Source: Nemertoderma westbladi (taxonomy: Eukaryota; Animalia; Xenacoelomorpha). Taken from it: DNA of 64,000 nt. This document shows positions 37,846-50,056 of this stretch, piece after piece. The stretch's first letter is position 1; each line of letters begins with the position of its first letter. Below the pieces are notes generated by a model that did not search any database, was not told the origin of the DNA, and was given only the letters and a program-made list of their open reading frames with translations. The position numbers and the translations under genes are program-made. The stretch spans positions 62,001-126,000 of the forward strand of contig JAUCBJ010000700.1 in NCBI GenBank assembly GCA_032718475.1, in the 5' to 3' direction.

Positions 37846-38954
37846 ATATTGCGACAGTTGGGGGATGTTTCAAAGGAAATGTTATTGCAATACTGTATGT
37901 ATATTATATAAAAATATATATTATATTATTATTACCCTGCGGTTGTTTTTATTTACAGAAGTTTAATAATTTATACAATATTATATTATTATAAGTATAA
38001 AATTTTAATTATTTTAGAAAAAAAATAGTAGGGGCCGGGAAGTCACATCCGTAGCGCCTGCAGGTTGGTGCTGGGCTTTGCCGATTCTTAGTCACTACCG
38101 AAATTGTACAATGCTCCATTTATTTGTCTTTTTCCCATGAACCATGCACAACATAGAGAGATCTGGTGTCTTATGCTACTGTAGATAGCTGAAGGTTTAC
38201 GTGAGTAATCGCGCGTTCCAATGACACACAATGATGATCGATGACCTGATGGTGGGGGAGGGGGGGAAGGGCGTCAAGTTCCGTCAGGTCTTGGTTGAAA
38301 TTCGTAACTTCAACCACCATTGGGGGTGTAGGTGATTTTTCGTAACTTCTACTTCTCTGGCTGTAATGGTTTTATTCCATTGCAGCAATTATCACATGAT
38401 ACTGAAGCAGCCATTGATGGTGGAACTATTATTGATTTTGACAACAATAGTCTCTCATGTGAGGGGGGATGGGGACTGCAGAATGATGCTGAAACGAATT
38501 GACGCGGTTTTCCTACACTAGGTTTTTGTGGGCATGTATTATATGAGTTATTCCTTTTTGTATTCCTTTACCCAAAATTTATCACTTCCCAAAGTACCGT
38601 CATGTTCGAGAATCCTGCATATCATAGCAACCCAATAGACGTCATATACCAAATCTACGACTATTAGTACAACGGATTTATTCTTAACAACTTGAATATT
38701 AAAAAAATAAATCTAATCCGTACAGAACGTATGTTTTATTAAATCACAAAAACTTTACTGCTGGTCTACAAGGACAAGCTCAGTGCAACGCTGTTTATTC
38801 CATCTCGAAAAATCTTACAACCTAATTTTGTTTCTTTACAATTTTGCGTGATAAATATACAGTAGTAAACTTTTAAAACTTCTGTAATATCATTCAAATA
38901 TTCAAAAAATTGTAGATATTCACTAAGATTGTCCCACTATTGTCATCTTAATAT

Positions 38955-39803
38955 TTAACAATGATCATCTGTTCGTGGACGTCGACACTCTAGTCCACAG
39001 GATACAACACGAAAACTACTAATAACGAAAACTAAGTGGACAGTCTGAATGAGGGCCACCAGTGTGGTTATACTGCCCATCAAGACAACCCGTTTGTTTA
39101 GGTATCTTTTAACTGGTTCGAAACAACCCTTTGTGTGGTGTTTCTTGTGCTGATAGCAGCCGGCAACGACGTCGTCAGAAGGGACCCAGACCCGCCAGAC
39201 AAGTCGTTCTATCGGTAACGGGTCCTGGAAACAACACGACTCAGGCCACTGCATACGATCGTCTGACCTCAGATTCAGCTGGGAATTCCAGAAGAGTGTG
39301 TCCTTAACGACCCAATCCTTGTGGGAGTGGACTCCGCAGCAACCTATGTATATCTGCGTAACATCCCAAGCTACATCAACCGAAGTTGCGTTCATCTTCC
39401 CCGAGCCAACGTATTCGTTCTTCATCGATTCCATCATGAAGAACTCCAGAGGGCTCGCGCTGCGCCCGCTGTTCGCGAAGGCAATAATGAACACGGTCAC
39501 CTCGGCAACTATGCAGAAAAAAATGAGAGTAGAGAACACCACGCACATTAGTTTATTCTCGGTGACCGCCCCACAACAGCCAAGGAAACCGATTCCGGTG
39601 ACGAATAAGCCGATACCGATGATAGCCCAGTCGAGGTTGGCCACCGTCGTGTTGTTGTTGAAGACGTGGAACATTTGTTTTAGGGCGACGTCCACCGCAA
39701 GCCATATCCCAAAGGATGTAAATCCTAGCCCTATTAGAAACACGCCAAAGTTTAACAGCGCCATCATTATTCGAAGGCATTGATGGCTGCAAACGATTAA
39801 CAT
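38955..39803 (-). CDS. Tetraspanin family protein, single-exon ORF, 282 aa
   Basis: Four TM helices, GFLGCCGAVTEN, and a large extracellular loop with CCG, PESCC and the final GC motif. Confidence 0.92.
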   Translation of the reverse strand: MLIVCSHQCLRIMMALLNFGVFLIGLGFTSFGIWLAVDVALKQMFHVFNNNTTVANLDWAIIGIGLFVTGIGFLGCCGAVTENKLMCVVFSTLIFFCIVAEVTVFIIAFANSGRSASPLEFFMMESMKNEYVGSGKMNATSVDVAWDVTQIYIGCCGVHSHKDWVVKDTLFWNSQLNLRSDDRMQWPESCCFQDPLPIERLVWRVWVPSDDVVAGCYQHKKHHTKGCFEPVKRYLNKRVVLMGSITTLVALIQTVHLVFVISSFRVVSCGLECRRPRTDDHC

Positions 39804-41653
39804 ATTTCAGATCACAGCATTTAGTCGCATTAAAAATGTAACAATTAAGTGACCACTAAGTAGTTATTTATGGTGATGAACAGACGGAAATTCAATAAGC
39901 GGCTAGTAATAATTGTTATTTTATTCCATATCCATCATCATAACTACTGTATTTAAATTAATAGTGCAAAATGACGTGTAATGAAACCGAAGAGTTCCAG
40001 ATTGTGTTCCTGTATCTCAGATCATTTTATTTCCCTCTTTTTTTGTGCTGATTTAACCCTAAAGTTATGTATGGTATAATACGTAATTACAGTAGGTACA
40101 GTACATTAAATTCTTCGCCGCACAAAGATCCCCCATAATTAAAACGAAAATAATTATTGGTGAAAGCAAATGTAAACATAATTGTGATGTCAAAATATTG
40201 AAAAGTATAATCAACAATTGTGAAAAAAAGTCAAGAATAAAATTGTCTCTTATCTTTCGATGACAACCTTCGTTTATATTTATATTTTATGGACCGGGTG
40301 AACAAATAATCACTGGGGCAGGTGTTACACTGTGTTCCATTTCCCCGATGATATATTATTTTATTTCCTTTTCCAAGTCAAATTTAATTAATCCTGTTTT
40401 AGTGCAGGTGGTCCGATAGCTGAAAATAGTGGTGACTAATTTCGCGAAATATGTTTATCATTATTATTCCTGGTGCGTGGTAACTCCCGCGGAATATTGA
40501 TTTACTGACTTTTATAAAATCTCCATCAATATTTATTAGAAAGTATTTCAATACATTGTTTTGTTTCACATTAAAATCAAGTATCATGTGAGATTAGCTA
40601 ATCAATTATTGTTAAATATCATTAGGAGAGCGACATACCAAGGATTACAATGACAGTATGCAAAACATACCGTATGTAGGCCTACAGTATTTGCAATAGT
40701 TAAGAAATAGCCGAAATGGGAGTTTGGAATGTGTGTGTTTCTACATCTGCTTGCGTAAGTTACAGCATTGATTCGCATTGATTGAATAAGTATGGATGTT
40801 TTTAAGAAGAGGCATAAGATGGTGTAACTGATCATATCAAGTTTCGTAGAATATATTTGGGTCATACAGTACAGTATATGAAAATGAACCCAACGAATGT
40901 TTGACTATAATATATAACGATAACTATTATATTATTAAATATCAATTACCGTACTTCTGACGTGGATATGTTGTTGATTGATTGATTGAAATGAAACAGA
41001 CCAGCTTAAGCATAGGCCCTTCCTATACATACACTGACTAACAGGCCTAACACTCAATTATTATATTATTATATCGTGACCATAGAGCCAAAACAGCACA
41101 TACCACAATTTTTCAAAAAAATTAAAAAATTACTCAAGATGGCGTTTTATATCTTATGTTAAAATCCTAGACTTGTATGTCAGTCCGTTTAGGAGATATG
41201 GAAAACCAGAACAACCCTCACAACATATAAGTTGAAAACTGTTAGAGGTAAAACAACACATTCCACACTTTTCTCTATCATACTTTGCCAGGAAAAACAC
41301 CATTCAATAGTCGAGTAATGACGTGAGTTCTTATGTTTCTGTGATAAAATCCTAGAGGTAAAACAACACACACAGACTAGAGTTAATGTTAAATTTCAGT
41401 ATGTGTTGTTTATTTTAAATTGTAAATTTTAAAATTAAAAATTAAAGTAGTAAAAAGTAAAATTTGTAAATTTATTCTGAATGCTAGCCACTATTATAAA
41501 ATGTGTCATTGTATCTTCCCAGACCTCTCTCGAAAAAATTAGGAGAAAAAATTAGGATCCATATAGAGGGAAATGAGAAGGTTTTTTGCATTTTTCTCGA
41601 AACCACATTTTTTGGTGAGTGTTGTTCTGGCTCTTAGGTCACGATATTATTAA

Positions 41654-42248
41654 ATGGCGGATGAGTTTATCAGATTACAAGATGAACTACGCACCACAAT
41701 TCGTTCGATAAAGGGGAAACGAAATGTATTTATCGATGACGAACGAAAGCTTACCGACTCGCTTCTAGCAATATCAACCATATTTACTACAACCCTGGGC
41801 AGACTCGCGGATGCTCAGGCAGAATCGATCAAAGCCAAAGACGATTTAATCACTGTTCGATCTACTCCAACGAACCAACTGTCGGGCGCAGTCCAGGTAA
41901 ATGGGTCGAACATCAACCAAACTGGACAACGCTCGTATCGAGATGCCGTTCAACAAAGTCCCCCGGTACCGGTACCCAACCAACGCTCGAGTCCCCACGG
42001 AAATAGCGCTCAGTCGGGACGACAAGAACCACCGATTGCTACCTACGGGCGCCGGTCTGGCGGCGCATCGAAATTTCCACCTCGTCTGCAATCAAGACGA
42101 TCGCGAAACACTAATGAATCCCGATATCTGGTCAGAAGGAGTCACGATTAAGAATTACAAACTCAATAACGACAAACGAGAGAAGCTTGGGTTAAGGCGA
42201 CGAGACCCACCCACTCCTCCCGCCGAGTCGTCGAATGCTCAAGATTGA
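41654..42248 (+). pseudogene. LINE ORF1 (frameshifted near 42050)
   Basis: Coiled-coil-like N-terminus, SYRDAV motif, and C-terminal FHLVC..LMNPDIWSEGVTIKNY typical of ORF1 in L2/CR1/Jockey-type elements. Confidence 0.65.
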
Positions 42249-42269
42249 CATTCCCAACTCCAACAACAG

Positions 42270-44911
42270 ACGATCATTAAGCTGTCGCTTTGGAACATAG
42301 AAGGATTCAAATATGTACGCGAAAACTGTGCACTAAAACATATCACTGGTGATTCCAATCTGGTGCTTTTAACAGAATCTTTTTACTGCAATGAATCACT
42401 TTCTTTTCCCGATTTTTACGCATTTGTGCAACCCGCAACCAGGTCTCAAAGGGGAAGGCCTCATGGAGGGCTTATTATCTTGGCAAAACCGGAACTGAGA
42501 CCTAAATTAATTGTCGCCAATGAAAACTATATGGTACTAAACACAACGGCTGGATCAATTCTAGTATTTTACTTTAACCCAGAGAATAAAGTTGAGGATG
42601 TACTATTAATTATCAGCGAAGCCCTTACGTATACCAATCCAGACACACCGATTTACATAGGAGGTGACTTCAACTGCCGTATAGACTCTCAGGAGAACCG
42701 TGGTGCAGATCTCACACGTAATCTACAGGGTCTGGGCTTCATACTCCACAATAATCCAACTGAGAAAACATATATATCACCTCAGGGCTCGAGTACGATC
42801 GATCTGTGGTTCACTCGCACACCACCACAGTCTAACATTACAGCTCGCACTTCAATCAACCATAACCCAATTCGTAAACACCAACGTGTCGATATCCAAG
42901 TTGAGGAACCACGATATCATATCCAACCTTCTCTCTGACAGGCTACTGTAGACGCAGCAACTGACGACATTCAACATGTTATTTCAACTTCCTCGCAAAA
43001 ACCACCAAAAACCACTTCCCACCACCATAAACCTTGGTTTGACGAGGAATGCAGGATAAAGAAACAACAAGTTATGACACTCCTACAAAATGGTGACAAC
43101 TCCAATTATTATTGGGCTACTCGAACCGAATACAAACAACTTCTGAATTCCAAAAAGACAAATTTTGATGAAAACACTCTTATAGAAACTCTAAAACAAA
43201 CCGAGATAACCCCATGGACACTATGGAGAACTAAGACTGACTTTCCTACAGCCCTCATCGAGCTAGACAAATTAGAGGACCATTTCCATTCTCTAATTGG
43301 CGAACAAAATCATACAAACATACAACCTCCAAACCAAGCTACTATCGACAGTACAAAAGATTCCCCAGAGTGGTTCAATGCATTTAGTGGTAAAGCATCC
43401 GGCTGTGATGGAATATATTATGAACATTTGAAACTTTCACTCCCATTATTAGTCACAGTTATTACACTTCTCTACAACACATGTTTAAATCTCGGTGAAA
43501 TTCCACGTGTCTGGAAAACTAGCATTTTGAAAATTCTATACAAAGGGAAGGGTGAATTAACAGATCCTGGAAACTACCGTGGTATTGCGCTAATTTGTGT
43601 ACTGTTGAAGGTATTGACGTCGATAATAAACTCAAGGGTATTAAAGAAAATAATGGATCAGCTACCTCTAGAACAATACGGATTTATCCCCGGTCGATCT
43701 ACTACTCAAGTAATCAGAAAACTCATTGATTTTATTCACTCCAATCTACACAGTCATGAATCGAAACCGGTCTATGCACTGACTTCCGTAAAGCTTTTGA
43801 CCTGATTGATAGAAACATTTTACTTCATAAGATTTTCTTCAAATTTAATATAAAAGAAAAACTTTTTGCGTTAATTCAGTCAATATTCGGAAACACTGTC
43901 AAAATATTCGATGGCATTAGTTTTTCAGCACCTATTTTGCAACTTCGGGGTATACTACAGGGGGATTGTTTCTCGCCAACCGCATTCTTAATGTTCATTA
44001 CTGATCTAGCAGCTGCTCTAAGGCAAATCGCCTCTACATTATATTTTATATTCTTTGCTGATGACTTAGTTATTTATTCAACCGAAAAACAACACATACA
44101 ATATGCTTTACTTCTACTAGACGAATGGTGCCAACATAATAATATGGATTTAAACCTAAGTAAAACTAAAATTATAAAATTCCGACGAGGAGGGAGATTA
44201 GCCAATACAGATATATTCACCTACCGCAACGAAAATGTCGAAATCACCAACAAGTACAACTACCTGGGAATAACACTACAACCAACCCTCTGCTTCTCTC
44301 AACACATTGAAAACAAGAAACAAAACGCCTACACAATAATTGGATGTCTACGGAATCTTAATTTGGTCTCTATTGAAACTGGTATTAAAATTTTCAACAT
44401 TAAAATATATCCCGCCATCACCTATGCTTTCTCTGAAATCGCTAGCCATCTTAAACCCTCAAACCTTATCGAATTGGACAAAATCAAATCGACCTTCCTT
44501 AAACGTTTACTTTCACTGCCAACTAATTCATCGTCAACTCTCGCTCACAAATTAACCATCTGCAAAACATTTACAGAAGACATTGCCGAAAAACACCCAA
44601 CCTACTTCAACCCAACAGTTCTAGAACAATACCGTCAAATACGAGCTGATAAAGAACTGAAATTTTACGAGCAATACTACAATCTAGGACCCGCATTCGC
44701 CTCTAACTACTGGAAAAGAGCCAATCAAACAAACCGAAACATCGCCACCAGACTAACGGCGCACGGATTTCATTACAAACTCTGCCAGACTCATACACCA
44801 TATCACCCACTGTCACCCGATTGTGTCTGCATGTACTGTAAAGGTAGCTCAGAATACAGGTATCACATCTTGAACTGCCCAAATGCCCCACCATTAACTA
44901 GTATTTTATAA
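42270..44911 (+). pseudogene. LINE ORF2 (APE endonuclease + RT + Cys/His C-terminus), broken
   Basis: LWNIEG, LTESF, GRPHGG, GGDFN, TYISPQGSSTIDL; KASGCDGI, PGNYRGIAL, QYGFIPGRST, DFRKAFD, GILQGDCFSP, FADDLV, YNYLG; CMYC..YHILNC. Stop at 42936 and frameshifts near 43780-43900. Confidence 0.9.
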
Positions 44912-45156
44912 ACTTTTACTAAATAATTATTTATTGTTGCTTTTACTGATAATGTTAACTGATAACCATAAAGATGTTTATAAATAAATTTGGATTGCCC
45001 CGACTGGGGGCGCACTTTTTCAAAAAAAAAATTACCGTACTTCTCACACTTTCTTCTGTAATCCTATTGGTCAATTAATTACATGTGAATAGGCCTAAAA
45101 CTTTATTCACGAGATCGGATTTGCTTCCATTTTCACCCCTGCATCTAAATATCAAC

Positions 45157-45788
45157 TATGGTTGTTTCGCGAAAAAAATGTTGGGCCAGAAACAGTTGAA
45201 TAAGGCGGAACAAGGTGCCCTGGATCGAGTGGCGGGGTGTGTTTTTTGTAAAAACACAAGGAAACGGTTGGAATGGTGGGTTTAAGTAGGCCTAAGTGCG
45301 GGAAGCCAATTTTAAAATCGGCTGTGATTTGCTGCTACAGATTAGACGTCACTACAAAGTGATCTGATAATTTTTTATCTTGGTTGCTATGGACGGCGAT
45401 TTCGCTCCATTCAAATATACACATAATCTCAATCATTTCATACGTGGCATAAATCAATTGAAAGCGGAGAGTCTTGCGCATCTTTTGACATAATAATTCA
45501 TGATGATGAAAATTGAAAAAATGCTGTTCACAATTGTAAACTCGGCAGATTGCCACACGTGTGAAATTATTGTTAAAAAATTACCAGATCACTTTGTAGT
45601 GACGTCAAATCTGTAGCAGCCAATCACAGTCGATTTTGATAATTGGCTTCCTGCACTTACTTAAACCCACCAATCCGACCGTTTCCTCGTGTTTTTACAT
45701 AAAACACAACCCGCCACTCAATTCAGGGCACCTTGTTACCCCTTATTCAATTGTTTCCAGCCCAACATTTTTTCGCGCACCAACTCTA
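45157..45788. mobile_element. Foldback MITE with ~215-bp inverted arms
   Basis: 45157-45376 is the approximate reverse complement of 45575-45788 (for example gacgtcactacaaagtgatctg / cagatcactttgtagtgacgtc). TA at both ends. Confidence 0.8.
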
Positions 45789-46267
45789 TTAAGGGAATCG
45801 AATAGAGCAGGTTACGCAGTGTGTTACGTCATTCAACTGTTCAAAGCAAAACAATAGGCCTAAAGGAAAGTCAATATAACAGTTTACAGTTTTTATTTTG
45901 AGAAATTGATGTTGATGCATCTGACAAACTGATCCTGATGTCATTAGGTCTGTCATTTGAATGTTTGTTGTTGGTGTTCAACTTCGTATTTCGGATCAAT
46001 TTCGTTTTTCGAGGGAAGCCGTCAGAAAGTTACTGTCAGCAGCGGAATTAAAGTGAAACAATTTTTCTGTAGCCAGCCTACTTCAGTACTTACCTAAAGC
46101 AGTACAGAGCCGAGACCAGCTCCCTGTGCTGCTGTGGCCTGCGCCACTGACAGACCGACTGACTGATGTCAGGATGTCATATTGTAAATAACTAGGCCTA
46201 ATAATTTACTGTGCAGGCCTACTGTTACCGGTATAGTCAAGGCCTACTATGTACTACAGTACTAGTA

Positions 46268-47501
46268 CCGTAATTCGGGGTGACTTGATACATTTTAAGG
46301 TGACTTGATACAGCAAGTTATACTTTTTTTCTTTAACGGATTGTGGGTGATTGCGTGATGTTATGATAAAAATTGAAATATTAGAAGATGTCTAAATAAA
46401 TTGTCTATCATATAGTAAAATAAATTTTGTCATTGCTTCGCATTTGTGATCACGAGAGCCAAAAATGCATTTTTCAAAAATTCACTTTTTTTAAATGTCC
46501 AAATATAGGTCGAATTTTTGACACTTTGGGTTAATGTTGTTCAAAAATTATTTTTACAGATGCTAATAGATGAGTTTGAATATTATGATCCTAAAAAAAT
46601 TTACAAATTTTCATATGAATTGGGGGTGGAGTGCCCGTTTTTTGAAAGTGTATCTTAAAATGGGGTGACTTGATACATATATACGGTATATTGTAGGCGA
46701 AAATGTTCTGATACCTGTGACTTAAACGTTGATTTGGCAAAATTTGTGCTTAAATTCATTGATTTAGTTTGCAGTTTTTTCTAAAATGTTTTGTCTTACT
46801 GTCTTCTTTACTGGCTGACTGGTGTCAGGATGTCACAATGCAATGAAAGTCTTTTTCGTTTTTAAACTTCAATTTAACTTGATAAATATTGTTACCCTAC
46901 CCTATATGTTAAATTTTCTAAAATATTTTATCTTTACTTAAACAGTTAAACCTTAAATTTGCAAAATTTGTGCTTAAATTCATTGTTTTAGTTTCCAGTT
47001 TTTTCTAAAATGTATTGTCTTACTTACTGGTGTCAGGATGTCACTATGCAATGAAGGTCTTTTTCGTTTTTAAAGTGCAATTTAACTTGTTAAATATGAA
47101 ATATTTTGCCATAAAAAATGGAGTTATTTTTAATTTTAGCCATAATTTTATATCCCCGTTACGCCGTTAGGTGGGGACTTCGTTCTTTTTTTAAAATTTC
47201 CAATATGTATCAAGTCACCCCCACAGCCTACAACATGATCCAAACTCATTCACAGAGTGGTATTATTGCGGAAAATTTGCTTGTGTATCAAGTCACCCCG
47301 TTATGTGGGGTGACTTGATACAGCTGGTTTTTAAGAAAAAAACACCACTAGACTAAGCACCTGAAATAGTGCTTTAGTCTAGTGGTGTAGTACTCATCCC
47401 GACTATAAAATTTTCTTTTTATTCCATCTGTGTAGTATAAAAACTTCAGAAGATATTCACAGTTAAAGGCAAAAACTGTATCAAGTCACCCCGAATTACG
47501 G
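46268..47501. mobile_element. TA-flanked non-autonomous DNA transposon (Tc1/mariner/pogo-like)
   Basis: Perfect 25-bp TIR ccgtaattcggggtgacttgataca / tgtatcaagtcaccccgaattacgg with TA TSD. Several internal copies of ggtgacttgataca in both orientations. Confidence 0.85.
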
Positions 47502-47622
47502 TACTACCGGTAACTGACTAAAAGACTTTCTTCTAAATTCTTTTAGTAGGCCTGGGTTATAGTACAGTCATCTGGTAAAAAAAACTCAAAAACTCCTAAT
47601 AATAACTCCTGCAGCTCGGATC

Positions 47623-49389
47623 ATGTCTCAAACACAAATATTTGGAGGCCGACGTGGTAAACTCAGTACCACAGTTTCTGTCGACACTGTGGTGGACGCC
47701 GAGGGTAAAATAGTTCGACCGGAAGTGCGTCACGACACTGACCAGGACGTTAAACAGTCGGAGACGGTAGACCTCTTGGTCGCTGCCGGGTACTTCCGAG
47801 CCCGGATAAAAGGACTCTCCGCGTTCGATAAGGTTGTCGGTGGGATGGTTTGGTGCATCACCTTGTGTAACATAGACGTGGACGTCGATTTGTTATTCCA
47901 AGAGAATTCCACAATCGGGCAGAAAATCTCGCTAACCGAGAAAATCGTTAGAGTTCTTCCGGGATTAAAATGTCCCCACCGTTTGGAACCTCACCAAATT
48001 CAGGGGTTGGATTTCATTCACATATTTCCGGTGGTTCAGTGGCTCGTTAAAACCGCCATGGTCTACCGGGAGGAAAGTGCAAAGCAAATCCGTCGGTTTT
48101 CCGTCAACGAATTCAATAAATCCTTCGATTTGCCGTCGGATTTATTGTTTAGGGAGAACACTGCGTCGGCCGCCGTTAATTTGGCGAAGGTTAAAGGGAT
48201 TTACGGAGCGAAAAGGCGTTTCCGTCAGAACCGTGTTGATTGGGAGGGGGAGAGGAGCAGGCGGGTTCAGCGAACGTTGGTTGAGTACAGAGGAGCAGGA
48301 GGAGTTGTAGGGGATGATGAGGGAGGGAGTAGGGAGGAGGTGGAAGGGATGTTGTTGGCGGATAGAGTGCGGCTCAGTGCGAGGACGGTGGGGCAACTAG
48401 CCAGCCTACAGGCGGAGGAGTTGCACCGTGCGGCCGGGGAGTGGGAGGCACGACGGGTTGAGTTGGAGGAGGAAGTGGGAGGCGGCCGGTTGGCGGAGGC
48501 CTTGGGGAAACAGTTGGGGGAGAAACGGGGGGAGTTGGGGGCGGTGGAGGAGCAGTTGGAAAGAGCGACGGAGGAGTTGGGCGAGTTGGAGAGGCAAGTG
48601 GATGAGGCGGAGGCCTATAAGAGTAAGTTGGAGACCGAGTTCGGGAAATTAATGAAACTCGAGTCGGAAGTGGACCCGGAAGTACTCCGGAACCTTCGGA
48701 ATCTCGTCGCGAAAAACGAGAAGATTAAAAAAGACGAACAAGAATTCAAAGCGAAATGTAAACGGGAGTTGGAGGAGATGACGAATAAGAGAGACGAACT
48801 GGTGAAGGTTATTGAGTCAGGGGTGGATGACGCCGATAAGGCTAAGTTAGTCGAGGAGCAGCTCGATAAGGAGACTGCTCGGTTGGAGAAGGTGCGTCTA
48901 CTGCGTGCGAGACGCGCCCGACAGTGCGCGGTGATACAACGTCGACTGGATTCGGTGCCGAGTCGAGCCGAACTCGCCCAGTACCAGGCGAGGTTTATCG
49001 AACTCTACGCCCAGATGGGCGCCAAACACCGCGCCACCAAGCAGCTCTACGGCCTCTATAACGTCCTCGACGACACTCGGGCCTTTATGAACAAAGAGGT
49101 CGATCTGCTCAACTCGATTCTCGATAACTTCGAAGAGGCGATGAAGTCCAACTCTTCCAAGGCGGAGTTTCTCTCGCAGATGAAGCGAATATTCGAGGGA
49201 GTGGAAGACAACCGGAAGAAGTCGGAACGTCGTAAAATCGACGAGAAACGGAAACGCGACGAACTGAATTCGCGATACCTCGAACTCATAGAGAAACAGA
49301 GACTTTATTATAAGACAGTTAAGGATTTCCAGACAGAATGTCGGAATAATGAAATCCTTCAATCTAAACTGACACCTCAGCCCCCCTAG
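47623..49389 (+). CDS. CCDC93: Coiled-coil domain-containing protein 93 (CCC/Commander complex), single-exon ORF, 588 aa
   Basis: DLLVAAGYFRARIKGLSAFDKVVGGMVWCIT...LLFQENSTIGQKISLTEKIV...CPHRLEPHQIQGLDFIHIFPVVQWLVK and C-terminal VPSRAELAQYQARFIELY...EKQRLYYKTVKDF, all recognisable CCDC93 motifs. Confidence 0.95.
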   Translation: MSQTQIFGGRRGKLSTTVSVDTVVDAEGKIVRPEVRHDTDQDVKQSETVDLLVAAGYFRARIKGLSAFDKVVGGMVWCITLCNIDVDVDLLFQENSTIGQKISLTEKIVRVLPGLKCPHRLEPHQIQGLDFIHIFPVVQWLVKTAMVYREESAKQIRRFSVNEFNKSFDLPSDLLFRENTASAAVNLAKVKGIYGAKRRFRQNRVDWEGERSRRVQRTLVEYRGAGGVVGDDEGGSREEVEGMLLADRVRLSARTVGQLASLQAEELHRAAGEWEARRVELEEEVGGGRLAEALGKQLGEKRGELGAVEEQLERATEELGELERQVDEAEAYKSKLETEFGKLMKLESEVDPEVLRNLRNLVAKNEKIKKDEQEFKAKCKRELEEMTNKRDELVKVIESGVDDADKAKLVEEQLDKETARLEKVRLLRARRARQCAVIQRRLDSVPSRAELAQYQARFIELYAQMGAKHRATKQLYGLYNVLDDTRAFMNKEVDLLNSILDNFEEAMKSNSSKAEFLSQMKRIFEGVEDNRKKSERRKIDEKRKRDELNSRYLELIEKQRLYYKTVKDFQTECRNNEILQSKLTPQPP

Positions 49390-50056
49390 ACAGCGTAGAG
49401 TTACACTATTGTTACCGACTTTACAATCACTTAATTAATTATTGCATTTCCAGATTAATAGGAATGGAGAGCGGAGGTAATGGTAAGGCTTTGAAATACA
49501 AAAGTAGAGAATCCGGATATTTAACAATTAGCTGGCGAAATATCGAATGTTGTGATCAAATATTGAAAAATGTGTTTTTGAGTAGAAAAACAATCAACTA
49601 ATAAAATTGTAAGCGGATTTGAATAAATCATATTCCCTATTCCAGGAATCTGAGGCACCAATTCAATATGACGTACGTCATACCTTGAACAGTTACTAAC
49701 TGACAACATTATTTTCAAAATTTGCTCCATCGAATTTATAAGTCTTTCTGCAATTTAGTTGAGTTTTAACGAAATAAACTTATTCTATAGTTTCTAGAAA
49801 AACTGTTTTTCGCGCACCATTCTTATTAATTGCTATTCAGACTTGTGAATTGTGATTCCATAGAAGCTTTGTGCAGATAACGTTGTTTATAATTATTATT
49901 TAATTCAGAAATATAGACTACATTATACCACTGTAAAATAAAGTGTGATTGATAATGATTTTATGGATTAGTTCGCAACCTATTCTATAAAACGGTGATA
50001 AAGGTACTATTATTCCACTGCAGATCTAAGGAATAATGAGCAGAGGGGGTGAGCCA

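Larger units (their letters stand above)
40959..45029 (+). mobile_element. Full-length non-LTR retrotransposon (5'UTR, ORF1, APE-RT-CCHC ORF2, polyA), inactivated
   Basis: 15-bp TSD aattaccgtacttct at 40944-40958 and 45030-45044, directly after the poly(A). ORF1 spans 41654-42248 and ORF2 about 42270-44911. Confidence 0.92.

Noticed and set aside
39298-39792. Antisense and alternative-frame ORFs over the tetraspanin, and likewise over SPIDR, SLC18B1 and CCDC93
   Set aside because: Shadows of real coding sequence, with no independent evidence.
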